A DNA stretch of 28,850 nucleotides, taken from NCBI GenBank assembly GCA_044870765.1, contig JBIOZG010000048.1, positions 1 through 28,850 of the forward strand. The letters run 5' to 3'. The notes beneath the pieces are model-generated. The model had not been told where the DNA came from and did not search any database. It saw nothing but the letters and a program-made list of their open reading frames with translations. The DNA comes from Nitrososphaeraceae archaeon. Its GTDB lineage: Archaea > Thermoproteota > Nitrososphaeria > Nitrososphaerales > Nitrososphaeraceae. Shown piece after piece: positions 27,162-28,850 of this stretch. The translations under genes were made by a program, and so were the position numbers. Within the stretch, counting starts at the first letter, position 1; each line of letters starts with the position of its first letter.

Positions 27162-27367
27162 TGGCTAGACTTAAATTAAAAACGTTGAGAGAATTTAATG
27201 ACGACGATTTGGAATCAAAGTTATCAGAAATTAGAGCAGATCTGTTGAAATTAAGAATTGAAAATTCAAAAGGGACCCTCAAAAAGGAAACGGGAAACAT
27301 GAAATGGAAGAGAAGAGATATTGCTCGCATACTTTCAATTTTGAAGGAAAGGGAATTGGCTAAATGA
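27158..27367 (+). CDS. rpl29: 50S ribosomal protein L29 (uL29); start may be ATG 27161
   Basis: LR......L...L.E.R..L and RRDIARILSI; operon position. Confidence 0.95.
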   Translation: MMARLKLKTLREFNDDDLESKLSEIRADLLKLRIENSKGTLKKETGNMKWKRRDIARILSILKERELAK

Positions 27368-27627
27368 CTTTTAATGAACACGTCTTGCAGCACGAATTCA
27401 TAGGTAGTAAAGCCCAAATTGAATATGGACCTCTTGATAATAAGAGAATAATAAATGGTAAGATCATTTTTGAAACAAAAAATACCTTTTCAATTAGGGA
27501 TGATTTGAAATCATATGTAATTCCAAAAAAGGCAATAAGTCAATTAGGATTAGTTGTTGAGGATGCAATTTGTTTTATACATGGGTCTATGCTGATAGGG
27601 AGACCAGAAGATCGTTTAGTAAAGTGA
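27364..27627 (+). CDS. rnp1: Ribonuclease P protein component 1 (Rpp29)
   Basis: HEFIG, G.II.ETKNT, IPK and G..L.GRPEDR; position between rpl29 and rps17. Confidence 0.9.
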   Translation: MTFNEHVLQHEFIGSKAQIEYGPLDNKRIINGKIIFETKNTFSIRDDLKSYVIPKKAISQLGLVVEDAICFIHGSMLIGRPEDRLVK

Positions 27628-27640
27628 TAGTGATTAGATA

Positions 27641-27973
27641 ATGACTAGAAATATTGGCTTGACAGTTTCAGAACCGAAAAGGACTTGCGACGACGAATTG
27701 TGTCCTTTTCATGGCAAACTTTCAATAAGAGGAAGAATTTTGACAGGCATTACTGTAAGTTCTAAGGCACATAAAATGATAGTAGTCTCCCGTGAGTATC
27801 CTAGACTTGTCAGAAAATACAAAAGATATGAGCGGAGTAGCTCAAAGGTACATGCTTTTCTGCCTTCATGTATTGACGTAAAAGAAGGTGATGAGGTCAA
27901 GATTGCCGAATGTAAACCGATATCGAAAACGGTATCGTTTGTAACTGTGGAGGTAATAAAGAGTGGCGTCTAA
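27641..27973 (+). CDS. rps17: 30S ribosomal protein S17 (uS17)
   Basis: RNIG, C.D..CPFHG.LS.RG, KYKRYE, AECKPISKT. Confidence 0.98.
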   Translation: MTRNIGLTVSEPKRTCDDELCPFHGKLSIRGRILTGITVSSKAHKMIVVSREYPRLVRKYKRYERSSSKVHAFLPSCIDVKEGDEVKIAECKPISKTVSFVTVEVIKSGV

Positions 27974-28397
27974 GAGTCGAGCAGTTTCTGCAAAAGGAGT
28001 AGAGGAATTCAAGCCTTATATAACAAGAGCATTGCCGATTGCTGCAAACTTAGTTTGTGCTGACAATACAGGCGCCAAAATCTTGAGAATTGCACAGGTG
28101 ACACGCATAAAGGGCAGACACTCTAGAATGCCGTCTGCGGCTGTGGGAGATTTTGTTAATGTTACTGTAAAAAAAGGAAAATCAGAGCTAAGAAAACAGA
28201 TGTTCGGAGCCGTAATCATCAGACAAAAATACGCAATAAGGAGACTTAATGGGGTTAGGGTATCATTTGAGGATAATGCAGCAGTGTTAGTTACACCCGA
28301 AGGAGAAATAAAAGGAACGGACATAAAAGGACCTGTTGCGGCTGAAGCTGCAGAAAAGTGGCCTAGGATAGCAAATCTTGCATCTTTAATAATATGA
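27963..28397 (+). CDS. rpl14: 50S ribosomal protein L14 (uL14)
   Basis: CADNTGAK, AVIIRQ, FEDNAAV and KGPVA.EAAE.WP. Confidence 0.98.
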   Translation: MASKSRAVSAKGVEEFKPYITRALPIAANLVCADNTGAKILRIAQVTRIKGRHSRMPSAAVGDFVNVTVKKGKSELRKQMFGAVIIRQKYAIRRLNGVRVSFEDNAAVLVTPEGEIKGTDIKGPVAAEAAEKWPRIANLASLII

Positions 28398-28817
28398 GTG
28401 ATAATGATGTTTTATAACCTGATTTCAAAGCATAATAGAGACAAGTTCTTGGGAGCCAATCTTTCTGAAAACTTGAGAGAACAGCACAGTAGGCGAAGCA
28501 TGAGAGTAATCAAGGGCGATACTGTTAGAATATTAAGAGGCGAGTATGTTGGGATAGAAGGGAAAGTCGAGAAGGTGAATACAGAGAGATCAACACTGTC
28601 AATTGAAGGTGTTCAGAGAGAAAAAATACGTGGCGGAAACGTCAAAGTACAGATTCACGCTTCAAATGTTCAGATAATTTCATTGAAAACAGATGACGAA
28701 TACAGAATGAAAGGAACAAAGAAAACAAAAGATAAAAACACAACTGTAAAAAAAGAAAAAGCAACGAAAAAATCAATTGTTAAGACTAAGGAAATAGTGA
28801 AAGGAGAAGAAACGTAA
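28398..28817 (+). CDS. rpl24: 50S ribosomal protein L24 (uL24) with Lys-rich tail; start may be ATG 28404 or 28407
   Basis: LS..LR, KOW motif KGDTV.ILRG...G.EGKV, IEGV and IHASNV.I. Confidence 0.95.
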   Translation: MIMMFYNLISKHNRDKFLGANLSENLREQHSRRSMRVIKGDTVRILRGEYVGIEGKVEKVNTERSTLSIEGVQREKIRGGNVKVQIHASNVQIISLKTDDEYRMKGTKKTKDKNTTVKKEKATKKSIVKTKEIVKGEET

Positions 28818-28850
28818 CACGTCGACAGGGAGCGATCGGATCGCGTCGAG

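Noticed and set aside
27360-27370. No SUI1/aIF1 gene between rpl29 and rnp1
   Set aside because: Its presence at this site varies among archaea, so its absence is not unusual.
237-28324. Many short antisense or alternate-frame ORFs in the track (e.g. 237-425, 1334-1588, 5177-5518, 6309-6626, 7470-7751, 11132-11320, 11352-11618, 13825-14130, 17735-17989, 24793-25158, 28016-28324)
   Set aside because: They lie opposite or within well-supported genes and have no recognisable motifs; typical shadow ORFs.
1-28850. tRNA, rRNA, CRISPR array, transposase/integrase or defence system
   Set aside because: No GC-rich structural RNA island, regularly spaced repeats or mobile-element/defence proteins were seen by eye. 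tRNAscan-SE and Infernal would be the formal check.

Overview
AT-rich archaeal chromosomal segment, almost certainly from an ammonia-oxidising archaeon (Nitrososphaerota). The low GC and gene content fit a Nitrosocosmicus-like genome; this is inferred, not searched. Most of the window is housekeeping: a partial Rieske ferredoxin, cysS, an HTH-CBS regulator, aRF1, HIT, ilvD, a VOC / Zn-dehydrogenase / LsrF-like trio, nop5-fibrillarin, rnhB, trm1, an orphan ABC ATPase, an MTHFR-like protein, a Nudix CoA pyrophosphatase, a UbiD decarboxylase, purC, DUF371, proteasome alpha, a redoxin, a SPOUT methyltransferase, and the S10/spc-type ribosomal protein cluster from rpl3 to rpl24, which lacks rpl2. 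No rRNA, tRNA, CRISPR or mobile element was seen. The most notable items not explained by the ORF track are: (1) several microproteins hidden in intergenic gaps (C2H2 and C4 zinc fingers, a 46-aa membrane peptide), most with a TATA box at leaderless spacing; (2) an rnhB whose catalytic N-terminus has no in-frame canonical start codon; (3) a possible dicarbonyl/DPD-type catabolic module; (4) several palindromic operator candidates; (5) a compositionally foreign GC-rich tail at the window end.
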